A DNA stretch of 64,000 bases from Paecilomyces variotii. Its lineage: Eukaryota. A program made the position numbers and the translations under genes. Each line of letters starts with the position of its first letter. The stretch's first letter is position 1. The stretch is from assembly GCA_004022145.1 (NCBI GenBank), contig RCNU01000010.1. One strand, given 5' to 3'. The notes under the pieces were generated by a model. That model was not told where the DNA came from, ran no database searches, and was given only the letters and a program-made list of their open reading frames with translations. This document shows, piece by piece, positions 62,460-64,000 of the stretch.

Positions 62460-62883
62460 GGGCGTCTGAAGGGTTTATGTTGGAAAAAGTAGTCGTCGTT
62501 CCCTGCGCTTTGAGAATCTAGACTGTAGGAGTCATGATGGAATTTAGCGGGGATTTTCCATGCATCGAAAAGCGACAGGTTCCGCCTTCGGAGAGCTTCT
62601 TATCGGTTGCCCCACGTGAGCGATAAAGATACTAACTAGTATGTACACCACGGTTTATCCTGCCATCTTGCTTGATTCCAAGGGGCTCCATAGAATGTAT
62701 TTATATAATTTCCAAGTTCGGAATATAAATACATTCACAAGATTAGACCCATAATAATTGATGTTGAATAATTGTTGAAAACACAAGGTAAACTAGAAGA
62801 TACCTTTCATCATGCAGCTAGTCCTCCATCCCGGCCTCTTCATCCACCATTGAAAAGAACAAGACAAAAGATCCATTTTCCCA

Positions 62884-63867
62884 TCATCTACTCGCCGCAA
62901 AAGCAGCCGCATAAACATCCATATCCCTCACAAAAAACCCACCTCTCTTCGGCTCCCATCCCAAGACCTGCCTCGCGCGGATCGAAGATCCCCTAAAAGT
63001 CGTACTCATAGCCTCATTAAACAAATCTCCACCATGCCCAACCAATTCCACCCTCCCCTCGAACCCGAAATACTGAGCCAACGCATCGAAGATATCCTTC
63101 ATACTTTCCTGACTGGTCACGAGGTCGAAAACAGGATACACGCCCGTTCCGGAAAGCAAGGGTAATTTCTCTATCGCGCGTTCAAACCCCACTGCGGCGT
63201 CATCCACATGGACCAAGGCTGGTTTGGATGTTGGATCGAGTGGGATGTGGATCGTTTCGGAGCTTGAATTTTGATTCTGATTCCGTGCAGCTTCGTACAG
63301 CGGAGCGATGTAAGGTGTCCAGATGGTATGTTCACGGCCGTAAAGTAGAGCTGGACGAAGGATCATCACGTCTAGGATGTTAGATGAGTTGAGGATGGAA
63401 TTCTCAAGTGCTACGCGCCAAGCGACGAGAGGAGCTGGAGGTGTGATGGCTTCTGGCCCGACGAGGTCTAGGTCATTAATTCTCTTCTCGGTCGATCCAT
63501 GAACCCAGGAACCGGAGCAGTAGATGAAGCCCAGTTTAGGACCTTTGATTCCAGTTTTGGTGTAGTTGTCGAGACGCTCCTGGCTGATGGATTTGATGTC
63601 TTCGAGGATCTTGTATGTTCCGTCATTGGCGCCGGCGACGTCTACGACGATGTCGATGTGGGCGGAGCGGATGAGAGAGAGGTAGGCAGATGGTTCGTTG
63701 ATAGGGTCAGGACATAAGACTGGGATGATCTCCTGGGCTGCTAGTTGCTTTGCTTTGGTTGGTGTGCGAGCAACGCCGTAGACGGTGTGTTGACCGTTGC
63801 GAACTAGGATATTGGCTAGATTATTGCCTAGGTAGCCTGTGGCTCCGAGAATGAGAACTTTTGTCAT
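62884..63867 (-). CDS. NAD(P)-binding Rossmann protein (NAD-dependent epimerase/dehydratase-like, atypical SDR)
   Basis: KVLILGATGYLG, FIYCSGSWVHG, ILRPALLYG, VHVDDAA, RARQVLGWEP; intronless 327 aa. Confidence 0.85.
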   Translation of the reverse strand: MTKVLILGATGYLGNNLANILVRNGQHTVYGVARTPTKAKQLAAQEIIPVLCPDPINEPSAYLSLIRSAHIDIVVDVAGANDGTYKILEDIKSISQERLDNYTKTGIKGPKLGFIYCSGSWVHGSTEKRINDLDLVGPEAITPPAPLVAWRVALENSILNSSNILDVMILRPALLYGREHTIWTPYIAPLYEAARNQNQNSSSETIHIPLDPTSKPALVHVDDAAVGFERAIEKLPLLSGTGVYPVFDLVTSQESMKDIFDALAQYFGFEGRVELVGHGGDLFNEAMSTTFRGSSIRARQVLGWEPKRGGFFVRDMDVYAAAFAASR

Positions 63868-64000
63868 GGTGGGATTGAATTGACAATCGGGATAGAGTAT
63901 AGATATCTTGCTGTGGAATGGTTCGGGTATAGGAACTCGATTTCAATGAAGCTTTTCTTTCATAGTCTTTAGGTACAGTACATATCATGTCTTGTTTTGA

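Noticed and set aside
1-64000. CRISPR array, tRNA genes, intact transposase/Starship captain, PKS/NRPS cluster
   Set aside because: No repeat-spacer array, cloverleaf, or DDE/RT/tyrosine-recombinase/synthase ORF seen by eye; tRNAscan-SE and Rfam scans would be needed to exclude small RNAs.

Overview
Gene-dense chromosomal segment of a filamentous ascomycete, most likely Eurotiales. This rests on short GT-AG introns with CTRAC/CTRAY branch points, a dispersed Eurotiomycete-type 5S rRNA gene and Aspergillus-like proteins; the species cannot be fixed from sequence alone. I reconstructed about 28 protein-coding genes by hand, including introns. Housekeeping genes: STK19-like, TPS3/TslA, eIF3m, URA6, LYRM2-like, RCF1, ILV1, bL36m, MEF1, SWC3, RTC5, NMT1, MET7/FPGS. 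Accessory genes: two hot-dog thioesterases, a GPI-anchored Cys-rich protein, an arylsulfotransferase, a BTB protein, two Zn2Cys6 factors, an MFS sugar porter, an ABHD12-like hydrolase, a GNAT and an NAD(P)-binding protein. There is one 5S rRNA gene; I found no tRNA, CRISPR array or intact transposon. The most notable observation is a candidate bicistronic locus. A 102-aa mitochondrial-looking membrane protein ORF ends 59 nt before the URA6 start, has a weak start context, and has no other AUG in any frame over the 365 nt before the optimal-context URA6 AUG, which is the signature of leaky scanning. Also of note: a decaying multi-exon orphan gene with a retropepsin-like tail, a tail-to-tail thioesterase pair both ending in PTS1-like signals, and dual-AUG targeting of FPGS.
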